The notes below the pieces were generated by a model that was not told where the DNA came from, ran no database searches, and saw nothing but the letters and a program-made list of their open reading frames with translations. Of a DNA stretch of 64,000 nucleotides, positions 42,265 through 55,325 are shown piece after piece. Numbering within the stretch: position 1 is the first letter of the stretch; every line of letters begins with the position of its first letter. Position numbers and translations under genes: made by a program. The stretch comes from Chitinophagales bacterium. Lineage in GTDB: Bacteria; Bacteroidota; Bacteroidia; Chitinophagales; CAIODY01. The stretch is from positions 4,182 through 68,181 of the forward strand of contig CANGEV010000010.1 in the NCBI GenBank assembly GCA_947452995.1, given 5' to 3'.

Positions 42265-44604
42265 ATGTCTGTACGACACTACCTCCTTAAAAGAAAACTA
42301 TTCATCACGCTTTTCGTTTTGTTGCACTTGCTTGTGTTCACTAAAGCAAATGCGCAAATAATCTATATAAGCGGAGTTGTCAACAATTACGCAGCAGTTG
42401 ATTCTATTAATATCTGTAAACGCAATATTTATACGGCTAATGCTGCACCCTTTGTGCCTGGTACAAAAGTGCTGTTGATTCAAATGCAAGGAGCAGTCAT
42501 CGACTCCGCAAATAACTTTTTGTTCGGAACGGTTATAGATTACCGAAATTGCGGTAATTATGAATTTAATGAAGTGGCATCCATTTCAGGAAATACAGTA
42601 AAATTAAAATACGTAATCACTCGTCAGTATACCGTCGCAGACAAAGTACAATTAATCAGTGTTCCTGTTTATCCCAATGCATCTACACTCGGTCCTGTAA
42701 GCTGCCAACCTTGGAATGGTTCAACAGGAGGTGTTTTAGCTATGCAAGTTACGGGCACACTTTATATGAATGATAATCTGGAAGTAAATGGCATGGGCTT
42801 TAGAGGAGGAACGACGAATACGAATGTGATTGCCTATAGTGCTGCTAATTGCGGCTTTACAAACTATTTCACGTCTGCCACAACAACCAATGGCGCCATG
42901 AAAGGCGAAGGGATAGCCAAGTACAAAAGAAATAAAGAGTATGCACGTGGCGCGAATGCGAATGGCGGTGGCGGAGGTAATCAAATCAACTCAGGAGGAG
43001 CCGGTGGAGCTGGGTTTTCCTTAGGCGGTAATGGGGGCAACCAAATGTCGGCCTGTGCAGGTACCGTGCAAGGTGGACAAGGGGGCCGACCATGTCTATA
43101 TAGTAATAGTTCGCAAAAAGTCTTCATGGGCGGTGGTGGTGGTGCAGGACACCAAGATAATTCTGTCCAAGCTACAGATGGCGCCAATGGTGGCGGTATT
43201 ATTTTCTTACAAGCAGGAACCATTATCGGTAATAGCAACAAAATTCGGGCGAATGGCGCAGATCAAACCTTAATAGCAGGATATGACGGTGCTGGTGGTG
43301 GTGGTGGTGGCGGCGCAATTTTATTGGACGTAGGATCAATCGCCTCTGCGGTCGATATCAACGCAAAAGGTGGCGACGGCGGTAATGTCACAAATAATAA
43401 TGCGAATTGCCATGCGCCAGGTGGTGGTGGGGGTGGTGGAATTGTTTGGTACAGTGGTGCTACACTCTCTGTGAACGCGTCCACGAATTTATTAGGAGGG
43501 ATTGCTGGTGTCTTTAATAGTCCTTCCTCGTCTTGCAATGGGAGCAATGCTGGCGCACAAAGTGGCTCTACAGGTGCCACACTAGCTAATTTGCTTTTAG
43601 TATCTGATGATAGACAAGCGGGATTAAATGCAGGAAACGATACAAGTATCTGTAAAGGTGCAGGAATAACCCTAAATGGAAGTGGTGGGATTACCTATAA
43701 TTGGGTGCAAAGCGCAGGCATGACAAATGCAAATACACCAAATCCAATTATTCCTGTTCTTAATAGTTCTCAAAACTTTGTCTTAAATGGCATTGATACA
43801 CTTGGTTGCACATCAACGGATACTGTTTTTGTTAAAGTAGTAAGTGGCGCTAATGCAATTGTGAGTGATGATATTACTTATTGTAAGGAAGGACAACCTG
43901 TTCCATTAAGTGCCGGCGGCGGCGATAACTATGCATGGTTCCCGACAACAGGATTGAATGTAAACAATAATTCCTCTGTACTCGCTAGTCCAATTGTCAC
44001 CACTACCTATGGCGTGGCTGTTGCATCCGATGGAATTAATTGTCCTCCAGACACAGCATATATTATAGTAACAGTAGCAGATGCTCCTGAAGCGAACGCC
44101 GGTCCTGATTTGTTTGGTTATTATGGTTCTGTGCTTAATTTAAATGGGACTTGCACAGGCTGTACAAATAGTGCTACCTATTTATGGTCACCAAATTGGG
44201 GAATTACAAATAATCAAAGTCTAATCACGCAAATAAAGGTAGAACAGGAAGCGGAATATATCCTTACAGTAAGTAATGGGATAGGTTGTACAGATTCAGA
44301 CACGATGAAAGTATGGGTTAGTCCGCCTGAATTGACCTTTATGACGGCGTTTTCACCAGATGGGAACGGAGTAAATGAAACATTTAAATTGCTGACAGCG
44401 AATTTTGTTGGCGATTATGATTTGGAGGTATATAATAGGTGGGGGCAGTTGGTATTTAGAACGAACGACCCGAAAACAGCTTGGGATGGGCGTTTCAATG
44501 GATCTGTGGTAGATAAAGGTACCTACGACTTTACCTTACGTTACAGATGGGGGAGTACAGGAGAATGGAAGGTGAAGAAGGGTTTTGTTGCCGTTATTCT
44601 TTAA
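42265..44604 (+). CDS. Glycine-rich secreted protein with a T9SS type-B (gliding-motility-associated, CHU_C-type) C-terminal sorting domain
   Basis: 779 aa with a signal peptide and poly-Gly repeats (GGGGGNQINSGGAGGAG, GAGGGGGGGAILL, PGGGGGGGIVWY). The C-terminus is FSPDGNGVNETFKLL...EVYNRWGQLVFRTNDPKTAWDGRFNG...GTYDF. Confidence 0.8.
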   Translation: MSVRHYLLKRKLFITLFVLLHLLVFTKANAQIIYISGVVNNYAAVDSINICKRNIYTANAAPFVPGTKVLLIQMQGAVIDSANNFLFGTVIDYRNCGNYEFNEVASISGNTVKLKYVITRQYTVADKVQLISVPVYPNASTLGPVSCQPWNGSTGGVLAMQVTGTLYMNDNLEVNGMGFRGGTTNTNVIAYSAANCGFTNYFTSATTTNGAMKGEGIAKYKRNKEYARGANANGGGGGNQINSGGAGGAGFSLGGNGGNQMSACAGTVQGGQGGRPCLYSNSSQKVFMGGGGGAGHQDNSVQATDGANGGGIIFLQAGTIIGNSNKIRANGADQTLIAGYDGAGGGGGGGAILLDVGSIASAVDINAKGGDGGNVTNNNANCHAPGGGGGGGIVWYSGATLSVNASTNLLGGIAGVFNSPSSSCNGSNAGAQSGSTGATLANLLLVSDDRQAGLNAGNDTSICKGAGITLNGSGGITYNWVQSAGMTNANTPNPIIPVLNSSQNFVLNGIDTLGCTSTDTVFVKVVSGANAIVSDDITYCKEGQPVPLSAGGGDNYAWFPTTGLNVNNNSSVLASPIVTTTYGVAVASDGINCPPDTAYIIVTVADAPEANAGPDLFGYYGSVLNLNGTCTGCTNSATYLWSPNWGITNNQSLITQIKVEQEAEYILTVSNGIGCTDSDTMKVWVSPPELTFMTAFSPDGNGVNETFKLLTANFVGDYDLEVYNRWGQLVFRTNDPKTAWDGRFNGSVVDKGTYDFTLRYRWGSTGEWKVKKGFVAVIL

Positions 44605-44714
44605 AAGGGGCCTTTTTACAACAATTGACAAAAATATTACATCAATTAAGAGTCCTTTCTATAAAGGGTTTGAGCCGTAATGTGAAGTTTATTTTAAAAA
44701 AAGTGAAAGAAAAG

Positions 44715-44747
44715 TTTGCATAACTGGAAGAACTGTGCTTATCTTTG
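44715..44747 (+). promoter_or_regulatory. rRNA promoter P1
   Basis: TTTG (44715-44718), a 21-nt spacer, then TATCTTTG (44740-44747). Confidence 0.6.
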
Positions 44748-44886
44748 CATCCCGTTAAAACGAAAGGGTTACCACAAACGAGTGGTAAAACGAAATCTCC
44801 GAAGACACTATATATATAGTCAGAACGTCTTCCAGTTTCTTTGAAATAGAGCTTCAAAAAAAAATTAAAAAATATTTTGAAAAAAG

Positions 44887-44918
44887 TTTGGTGAAATGAA
44901 AAACTCATCATACCTTTG
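44887..44918 (+). promoter_or_regulatory. rRNA promoter P2
   Basis: TTTG (44887-44890), a 20-nt spacer, then TACCTTTG (44911-44918). Confidence 0.7.
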
Positions 44919-45060
44919 CGCTCCGCTTCTGAGAAAGGGTGTTACAAACGAAGTAACAAAGATAGATACGAAGACGCCGAATACACGGCATTGAAAGTCT
45001 TCCACTATTTGAAATAAGAAAAAAGGCTTCGAAAAAAAATTAAAAATTTTTTTAGAAAAG

Positions 45061-45092
45061 TTTGGTGAAATGAAAAACTCATCATATCTTTG
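45061..45092 (+). promoter_or_regulatory. rRNA promoter P3
   Basis: TTTG (45061-45064), a 20-nt spacer, then TATCTTTG (45085-45092). Confidence 0.7.
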
Positions 45093-45233
45093 CACTCCCA
45101 AATAAAACGAGGGTGTTACAAACGAAGTAACGAATAGAAATGAAGCAGCTGTTTTTACAGCGATTGAAAACTTCCACTATTATAATTAGGATCTTAGGTT
45201 GAGAAAATTTTTCTAAAAATATTTTAAGAAAAA

Positions 45234-45265
45234 TTTGGTGAAATGAAAAACTCATCATACCTTTG
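45234..45265 (+). promoter_or_regulatory. rRNA promoter P4
   Basis: TTTG (45234-45237), a 20-nt spacer, then TACCTTTG (45258-45265). Confidence 0.7.
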
Positions 45266-45284
45266 CACTCCACAAAAAAACAAA

Positions 45285-45301
45285 GTTCTTTGAAGTATTG
45301 G
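45285..45301 (+). promoter_or_regulatory. boxA-like antitermination element in the rRNA leader
   Basis: GTTCTTTGAAGTATTGG here is nearly repeated in the 16S-23S spacer (GTTCTTTGACATATTGG, 47264-47280). It resembles the GTTCTTTGA-type boxA of other bacteria. Confidence 0.5.
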
Positions 45302-45305
45302 ATGC

Positions 45306-45341
45306 GAAACAACAAGTGTAAGGTTAAACCTTAGCACAGAG
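45306..45341 (+). other. 5' half of the 16S processing stem
   Basis: GAAACAACAAGT (45306-45317) is complementary to ACTTGTTGTTTC (46972-46983). CACAGAG (45335-45341) is complementary to CTCTGTG (46943-46949). Confidence 0.6.
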
Positions 45342-45401
45342 TTGAACAACATTTAATAAACGTCAAGTTTTATCTTTATAGAGCTTCGACAAACTTTTCT
45401 T

Positions 45402-46933
<1,532 letters not shown>

Positions 46934-47041
46934 TTAGAGTCGCTCTGTGTAATTTTTACATAGGTTTAACGACTTGTTGTTTCCTCCATTATTTCATAAA
47001 TGCTGTATATGCTGCGTAATTAAGCAAGCAAATTCTTACGC

Positions 47042-47116
47042 AGTCTCGTAGCTCAGCTTGGTTAGAGCACTACACTGATAATGTAGGGGTCGGCAGTTCA
47101 AATCTGCCCGAGACTA
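47042..47116 (+). tRNA. tRNA-Ile (anticodon GAT)
   Basis: I folded the cloverleaf by hand. The acceptor is AGTCTCG/CGAGACT, the anticodon loop is CTGATAA and the T-loop is TTCAAAT. No CCA is encoded. Confidence 0.93.
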
Positions 47117-47165
47117 CTTATCGCAGAAAACAGTGCCACTAAGTTGGCATCGTTTAAAGCCATTA

Positions 47166-47239
47166 GGGGGTGTAGCTCAGCTGGCTAGAGCACTAGCTTT
47201 GCAAGCTAGGGGTCATCGGTTCGACTCCGTTCACCTCCA
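47166..47239 (+). tRNA. tRNA-Ala (anticodon TGC)
   Basis: The acceptor GGGGGTG/CACCTCC carries the G3:U70 identity pair, and the anticodon loop is TTTGCAA. The T-stem has one U-U mismatch (47216/47230). Confidence 0.93.
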
Positions 47240-47242
47240 CTA

Positions 47243-47285
47243 CGTTAACTTCGGTTAACAGAAGTTCTTTGACATATTGGTAAAT
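47243..47285 (+). promoter_or_regulatory. Spacer hairpin, boxA-like element and 5' half of the 23S processing stem
   Basis: The hairpin is GTTAAC-TTCG-GTTAAC (47243-47258), and the boxA-like element is GTTCTTTGACATATTGG (47264-47280). GACATATTGGTAAAT (47271-47285) is complementary to ATTTACCAATATGTC (50297-50311). TTGAAGTAATTAG (47367-47379) is complementary to CTAATTACTTCAA (50267-50279). Confidence 0.55.
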
Positions 47286-47393
47286 CTCAAATTAATAATG
47301 AGATAACACTCACAACACATTTTATTATGTGTTAAATTTATTTATAAGAAGTCTTTTCTTTATAAGTTGAAGTAATTAGGCAACTAAGATACT

Positions 47394-50256
<2,863 letters not shown>

Positions 50257-50319
50257 ATTTTTTTTTCTAATTACTTCAATCTTATATTGATTCGTTATTT
50301 ACCAATATGTCTAACCTTT

Positions 50320-50431
50320 TTATGGCGACTATGCAGTGCGTGTTCACCCCTTCCCATTCCGAACAGGGTCGTTAAGCCGCACATGGCCTATGGTACTGTA
50401 CAACAATACGGGAGAGTGGGTTGTCGCCAAA
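50320..50431 (+). rRNA. rrf: 5S ribosomal RNA
   Basis: Helix I is GGCGAC (50324-50329) paired with GTCGCC (50423-50428). The conserved CCCATTCCGAACAGGG and GGTACTG...GGGAGAGT blocks are present. The ends are accurate to about 3 nt. Confidence 0.9.
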
Positions 50432-50440
50432 TCTTTATTT

Positions 50441-50475
50441 AAAGCCGATAGCTAATAACTATCGGCTTTTTTTTT
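50441..50475 (+). terminator. rRNA operon terminator
   Basis: The hairpin is AAAGCCGATAG-CTAATAA-CTATCGGCTTT, followed by T x9. Confidence 0.85.
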
Positions 50476-50520
50476 GCCCTTTACTCACCTTTACCTATTT
50501 TTACAAGCGACCAATATCCC

Positions 50521-51474
50521 ATGAACAGCTCCAATCGCTTTAAAATCCTCGTCCTCGACGATATCCATCCAGTCTTTTTTAAAGAACTGTGTAATTCCAA
50601 TTGTTCCTTTTCTAAACATCCAGATTGGTCCTATGACCAAATTTTACTCAATATTCATAAATTCGATGCTGTAGTTGTTAATTCCAAAACAAGCGTGGAT
50701 GCTAAACTTATTCAATTAGGAACTAAACTAAAAGTTATTGCAAGACCAGGTAGTGGCATGGAGAATATAGACCTTGTATTTGCTTTTAATCGTGGAATTC
50801 AATGCTTTAATTCCCCTGAAGGTAATGCAAATGCAGTCGCAGAACACGCGCTTGCACTCTTACTTACCTTAAGTAATCGTCTTCATGTTGCTCTCCCTCA
50901 AGTTAAAAATAAACAGTGGCTACGTCTTGAAAATACAGGATTTGAATTAAAAAATAAAACGATAGGTATTGTCGGCTTTGGACATACAGGTTCAGCCTTC
51001 GCAAAGCTCGCAAATGCCCTTGGAATGAAGGTTTTTGCCTACGATAAATATCGTTATGATTTTAATTGCGACTATGTAGAGAAAGTCGATTTAAATAAAC
51101 TACTAAAGTATTCTGATGTAATTTCTTTACATCTTCCTTTAACAGCGGAAACTACCTCCTTTTTTAATACTAATTTGGTCAGGAAATTGAAAAAACACAG
51201 TATTATTATTAATACTTCTCGGGGTAAAGTTATGGATTTAGATGCCTTAAAAGCAGGGTTCGAAACTCAGAAAATATGTGCTGCAGCGTTAGATGTTTTG
51301 CCTGTCGAACCTTTGAAATCCTTTATTAAAGCTAGTCCTGAGCTTTTCAGTTGGCTCAAACAAAACCCCGATATTATCCTCTCTCCACATATTGCTGGAT
51401 GGTCCGTTGAAGCTAAATTTTTAATGGCAAAAATTTTGGCGGAACGGCTCAAAAAAAGTTTAATTTTTCATTAA
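50521..51474 (+). CDS. D-isomer-specific 2-hydroxyacid dehydrogenase family protein
   Basis: 317 aa. It has the NAD motif GIVGFGHTGSAF, the catalytic region INTSRG...LDV and HIAGWS. Confidence 0.85.
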   Translation: MNSSNRFKILVLDDIHPVFFKELCNSNCSFSKHPDWSYDQILLNIHKFDAVVVNSKTSVDAKLIQLGTKLKVIARPGSGMENIDLVFAFNRGIQCFNSPEGNANAVAEHALALLLTLSNRLHVALPQVKNKQWLRLENTGFELKNKTIGIVGFGHTGSAFAKLANALGMKVFAYDKYRYDFNCDYVEKVDLNKLLKYSDVISLHLPLTAETTSFFNTNLVRKLKKHSIIINTSRGKVMDLDALKAGFETQKICAAALDVLPVEPLKSFIKASPELFSWLKQNPDIILSPHIAGWSVEAKFLMAKILAERLKKSLIFH

Positions 51475-51489
51475 CATAAGTTATCTTTG
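51459..51489 (+). promoter_or_regulatory. Candidate promoter of the TBDR-like / T9SS-cargo / PorV-like operon
   Basis: TTTA (51459-51462), a 19-nt spacer, then TATCTTTG (51482-51489). The ATG at 51514 is 24 nt downstream. Confidence 0.45.
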
Positions 51490-51513
51490 GCAACCTATAA
51501 TCTATTTTTTCGT

Positions 51514-54500
51514 ATGGCCTTATCTAACTCTATTTTCAAGCGCCTGTTGCTATTAGCAATATTCGTGTCTGTGGGATTCGCAGCGATCGCTCAAAAAGGC
51601 TCTATCACCGGAACTGTACTTGATGCAGCTACTGGTAAGCCGTTAGACTTCGCTTCTGTAATGGTATTGCAAGAAGGTTTGTTGAAAGGTGGTAACTACA
51701 CTGAAACAGACGGTAGCTTCATTGTAAAACCACTCGATCCAGGTTCTGGATACACTGTAGTCATAACCTTCACAGGCTATGATACAATTAAGCAATCAGG
51801 GATCCTTGTTTCAGCTGATCACGAGACACGTTTGGGTGATTTGAAAATGTCTAAGCCAACAGCCGGTGGTAAAAGCCTCGGTACAGTTAATATCGTTTAT
51901 ACGCGTAAGGCTGTAGATCCGGATCATACAGAAGATAAAAAAGTGGTTTCTCGTGAAGAGATTAAGCAAATGGCCGTTCGTGGTGTAAGCGATATCGCTG
52001 CTGCGGGTACTGCAGGTACCTATCAGAAAGATGGTGGGTCTGGTATCTCCATCAAAGGTGGCCGTGATAACGCAACACGTGTAATTGTAGATGGTATTCC
52101 TCAACGTGCTGGTATTGGTCTTCCGCAAGGAGCTCTTGAAGCAGTTGAAATTGTTACAGGCGGTATCCCTGCGAAATATGGTGACGCGATTGGCGGTATC
52201 ATCAACGTAACTACTCGTGGTGCTTCTAAGAAATTCTCAGGTGGAGCTGAATTGGCTACTTCAAAATTCTTGGATCCTTATGGATACTATTTGGCTTCAT
52301 TAAACTTGAACGGTCCCTTATTGTTCGATAAAAAAGACCCTAATGCAAAAGATCGTAAACCATTGGTAGGATATAATCTTTCAATGGAATACCAGCATGA
52401 TAAAGATCCGAATCCTTCTGCTATTGGTATGTGGAAGGTTAAGGATAGCGTTTTAGCTAAAATTCAAGCTAACCCATTATTATTGAATCCTCAAACTGGT
52501 TTGGGTTATGTCCGTAGTGCAGATACACTTACTTTCCATTCAATGGAGCACATCGCGTACAAACAAAATTCTGCAAATGATGCAGCGCGTATTGCTGGTA
52601 AATTAGATTTTAACCTTAAGCCAGGATTGATTCTTGCGGTAGGTGCAAACGCATCTTATACTCGCTACCATCAATATATTCGTGAGTATGCGATGTTTAA
52701 TCCAGAAAACAATCCTGAGGTACGCGACTTTTCATGGCGTGTTTTTGCTCGTATGACGCAAAAATTGGGTCAGCAGACATCTGATAAAGTGGATGCAGCC
52801 GGTAATAAAATGCGTAATACTTCGCCTATTCAAAATGCTTATTATACATTACAATTAGACTATTCTCAAGATAATCATAAGCGTTGGGATGATTCACATC
52901 ATTTCAATGCATTTAATTATGGTTATGTTGGTAAATTCGAAACTAAAACACAACGCGTTTATATTGATTCTGTTTCTTCTGAAACAGGTCAAGTATTTAA
53001 AGTGCAAGGATTGGATCGCGATACATTAGTTGTTTTCACACCAAGTGCAGTTAATCAAACCTTGAGCAACTACACGAACCAGTACATGGGTATTGTTGGT
53101 GATTCACGTTCTAACATGTTCAATTCTAGTATTGATAATATCTTGTTCTTCGGAGCAATGGTAAATGGTCGTCGCCCTGGTGACGTAAACAGTTTGTGGT
53201 ATAATACTGGTCGTCAATATGCAGGTTATGATTATTCTCAAAACCAACAAATACGTGTGATGGTGGATGGTTCCCTTGACTTGAAAGTTAAAGGTTCTAG
53301 AAAGCCACACGCAATTGAATTTGGTATGGTTTACGAGCAACGTATTGATCGTGCGTACAGTATCGGAGCTTCTAGCTTGTGGACGCAAATGCGTTTGTTA
53401 GCAAACCGTCAATTGGCTTCTTTGGATAAAAACAACCCGCATTATGTAATGGCTAATGGTGTATTCCAAGATACTATCAATTACGATCGATTATATGTTG
53501 CTAAAGACCAAACGACATTTGATAAAAATCTGCGTCAATCTTTAGGATTGGCCGTAGACAGCAAAGATATCATTGATATCGATGCATTAGATCCTTCTCA
53601 ATTCTCGTTGAGTATGTTTTCTCCAGATGAATTGTTGAACCAAGGTAGCTCGTTGGTATCTTATTATGGATATACATATACTGGAGATAAATTGAAAGGA
53701 AACGTTTCTTTCAACGATTTCTTTACTAAGAAAGAAAACGGAATTTATAAGCGTGAAATTGGGGCTTTCCGTCCTATCTACAATTCAGCATACATTCAAG
53801 ATCGTTTCTCTTTCCGTGATTTGATCTTTAACGTAGGTTTACGTGTAGATCGCTTTGATGCGAATACTAAAGTATTGAAAGATCCTTATTCATTGTATTC
53901 AATTCGTAGTGCTGGTGAAGTTGATGGTGCTCAAAATACAATCAACGGTGGGGCGCATCCTGACAATATCGGTTCTGATTATGCTGTTTATGTGGATGAC
54001 TTCTCTGATCCTAAATCTGCAAATGTTATTGGTTACCGCAGTGGTGATAAATGGTATGATGCAAAAGGGGTGGAATTAAGTGATCCAAGCATCCTTGCTA
54101 AATTGTCTGCTACCAATACAATTTCTCCATTCTTATCAAATCCTAAAGATAAAATCACTGACTCTTTGTTTAACCCAACAAGTTCATTCAAAGATTATGA
54201 TCCGCAGATTACGATCATGCCACGTATCTCTTTCTCGTTCCCAATCAATGATGGTCAAGCTTTGTTCTTTGCACACTATGATGTGTTAGCGCAACGTCCG
54301 CAATCACGTAGCTATATTACTCCTGACGATTATTTATATTTTGAAAACATCGTTGTAGATGCTACCTTGAACAACCCGAATTTGAAGCCTGAAAAAACAA
54401 TCGATTATCAAATCGGTTTCCAACAGGAAGTATCTAAAACGGCTGCATTGAAATTGTCTACGTTCTATCGTGAATATAAAGACATGATTCAGATTATGCG

Positions 54501-55299
54501 TGTGGTGCAAGCATATCCTAAATCTTACCGTACGTTTGGTAATCGTGACTTCGCAACTGTAAAAGGTTTTGAATTGTCATACGACCAACAAAAAACGGAT
54601 AACTTACGTTTCAACGCTGCTTATACATTGTCATTTGCGGATGGTACAGGTTCAAACGACGTATCTCAAGCAAACATGATTAACAACGGTATGCCGAATT
54701 TGCGTACGATTTATCCATTAGCGTACGACGTGCGTCATACTTTCTCCGGTAATATCGATTATCGTTATGGCGAAGGAAAGAACTATAATGGTCCTCGTTT
54801 GAAAATTCATGGTAAATCATATAATATCTTCGAAAACGCAGGTATTAACTTGATCGGTCGTGCTCGTTCTGGTGAGCCTTATACTCGTCAAGGACGTGCT
54901 CGTAACGAAGCATTATTGTCACCTACTGGAACATTGGTATTGGTTGGTACAGTAAACGGTTCTCGTTTGCCTTGGAACTATAAGTTCGACTTGCGTATTG
55001 ATAAAAACTTTACATTAAATGGAGCTACTAAAACTGAAGGTAAAGCTAAAAAGCCTTTATTCTTGAATGCATACTTAACAATCACAAACTTGTTGAACAC
55101 GAAAAACATTCAATCGGTTTATAATTATACGGGTAACCCGAATGATGATGGTTATTTAGGAAGTCCAGGTGCTGCTGCACAGATTGCGGCACAAACTTCT
55201 CCGCAAGCCTTCATCGACCAGTACAATATTAAGGTGAATAATCCTGATAACTATAGCTTACCACGTCGTATTCGTGTAGGTGTCGTGTTTAACTTCTAA
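51514..55299 (+). CDS. Oversized TonB-dependent-receptor-like outer-membrane barrel with a CarboxypepD_reg-like N-terminal domain
   Basis: 1261 aa from ATG 51514, with a signal peptide (FVSVGFAAIAQ). The regulatory-like domain is GSITGTVLDAATGKPLDFASVMV, and the TonB-box-like strand is LGTVNIVYT. Plug motifs are ISIKGGRDNATRVIVDGIP and GGIINVTTRG. The C-terminus is RIRVGVVFNF. Confidence 0.75.
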   Translation: MALSNSIFKRLLLLAIFVSVGFAAIAQKGSITGTVLDAATGKPLDFASVMVLQEGLLKGGNYTETDGSFIVKPLDPGSGYTVVITFTGYDTIKQSGILVSADHETRLGDLKMSKPTAGGKSLGTVNIVYTRKAVDPDHTEDKKVVSREEIKQMAVRGVSDIAAAGTAGTYQKDGGSGISIKGGRDNATRVIVDGIPQRAGIGLPQGALEAVEIVTGGIPAKYGDAIGGIINVTTRGASKKFSGGAELATSKFLDPYGYYLASLNLNGPLLFDKKDPNAKDRKPLVGYNLSMEYQHDKDPNPSAIGMWKVKDSVLAKIQANPLLLNPQTGLGYVRSADTLTFHSMEHIAYKQNSANDAARIAGKLDFNLKPGLILAVGANASYTRYHQYIREYAMFNPENNPEVRDFSWRVFARMTQKLGQQTSDKVDAAGNKMRNTSPIQNAYYTLQLDYSQDNHKRWDDSHHFNAFNYGYVGKFETKTQRVYIDSVSSETGQVFKVQGLDRDTLVVFTPSAVNQTLSNYTNQYMGIVGDSRSNMFNSSIDNILFFGAMVNGRRPGDVNSLWYNTGRQYAGYDYSQNQQIRVMVDGSLDLKVKGSRKPHAIEFGMVYEQRIDRAYSIGASSLWTQMRLLANRQLASLDKNNPHYVMANGVFQDTINYDRLYVAKDQTTFDKNLRQSLGLAVDSKDIIDIDALDPSQFSLSMFSPDELLNQGSSLVSYYGYTYTGDKLKGNVSFNDFFTKKENGIYKREIGAFRPIYNSAYIQDRFSFRDLIFNVGLRVDRFDANTKVLKDPYSLYSIRSAGEVDGAQNTINGGAHPDNIGSDYAVYVDDFSDPKSANVIGYRSGDKWYDAKGVELSDPSILAKLSATNTISPFLSNPKDKITDSLFNPTSSFKDYDPQITIMPRISFSFPINDGQALFFAHYDVLAQRPQSRSYITPDDYLYFENIVVDATLNNPNLKPEKTIDYQIGFQQEVSKTAALKLSTFYREYKDMIQIMRVVQAYPKSYRTFGNRDFATVKGFELSYDQQKTDNLRFNAAYTLSFADGTGSNDVSQANMINNGMPNLRTIYPLAYDVRHTFSGNIDYRYGEGKNYNGPRLKIHGKSYNIFENAGINLIGRARSGEPYTRQGRARNEALLSPTGTLVLVGTVNGSRLPWNYKFDLRIDKNFTLNGATKTEGKAKKPLFLNAYLTITNLLNTKNIQSVYNYTGNPNDDGYLGSPGAAAQIAAQTSPQAFIDQYNIKVNNPDNYSLPRRIRVGVVFNF

Positions 55300-55325
55300 A
55301 ATTGCAAACCATCAACGTTAGATAT

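Larger units (their letters stand above)
44700..45270 (+). repeat. Four tandem ~173-nt rRNA promoter modules
   Basis: The -33 elements lie at 44715, 44887, 45061 and 45234 (periods of 172, 174 and 173 nt). Modules 2-4 share AAA(A/T)TTTGGTGAAATGAAAAACTCATCATA(C/T)CTTTGC. Confidence 0.85.

Noticed and set aside
42981-43580. Proline-rich minus-strand ORFs (86 and 105 aa, with PPPPPP runs)
   Set aside because: They are the antisense reading of the poly-glycine (GGN) runs of the T9SS type-B protein.
44642-45315. Three minus-strand ORFs (89, 78 and 77 aa) sharing segments such as MMSFSFHQ.F.KIF, which at first look like a small paralogous gene family
   Set aside because: Their similarity comes from the tandem rRNA promoter modules: the shared peptide is the reverse translation of TGAAATGAAAAACTCATCAT. 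They span the -33/-7 elements and A/T-rich UP-like tracts, and their low-complexity sequence is not protein-like.
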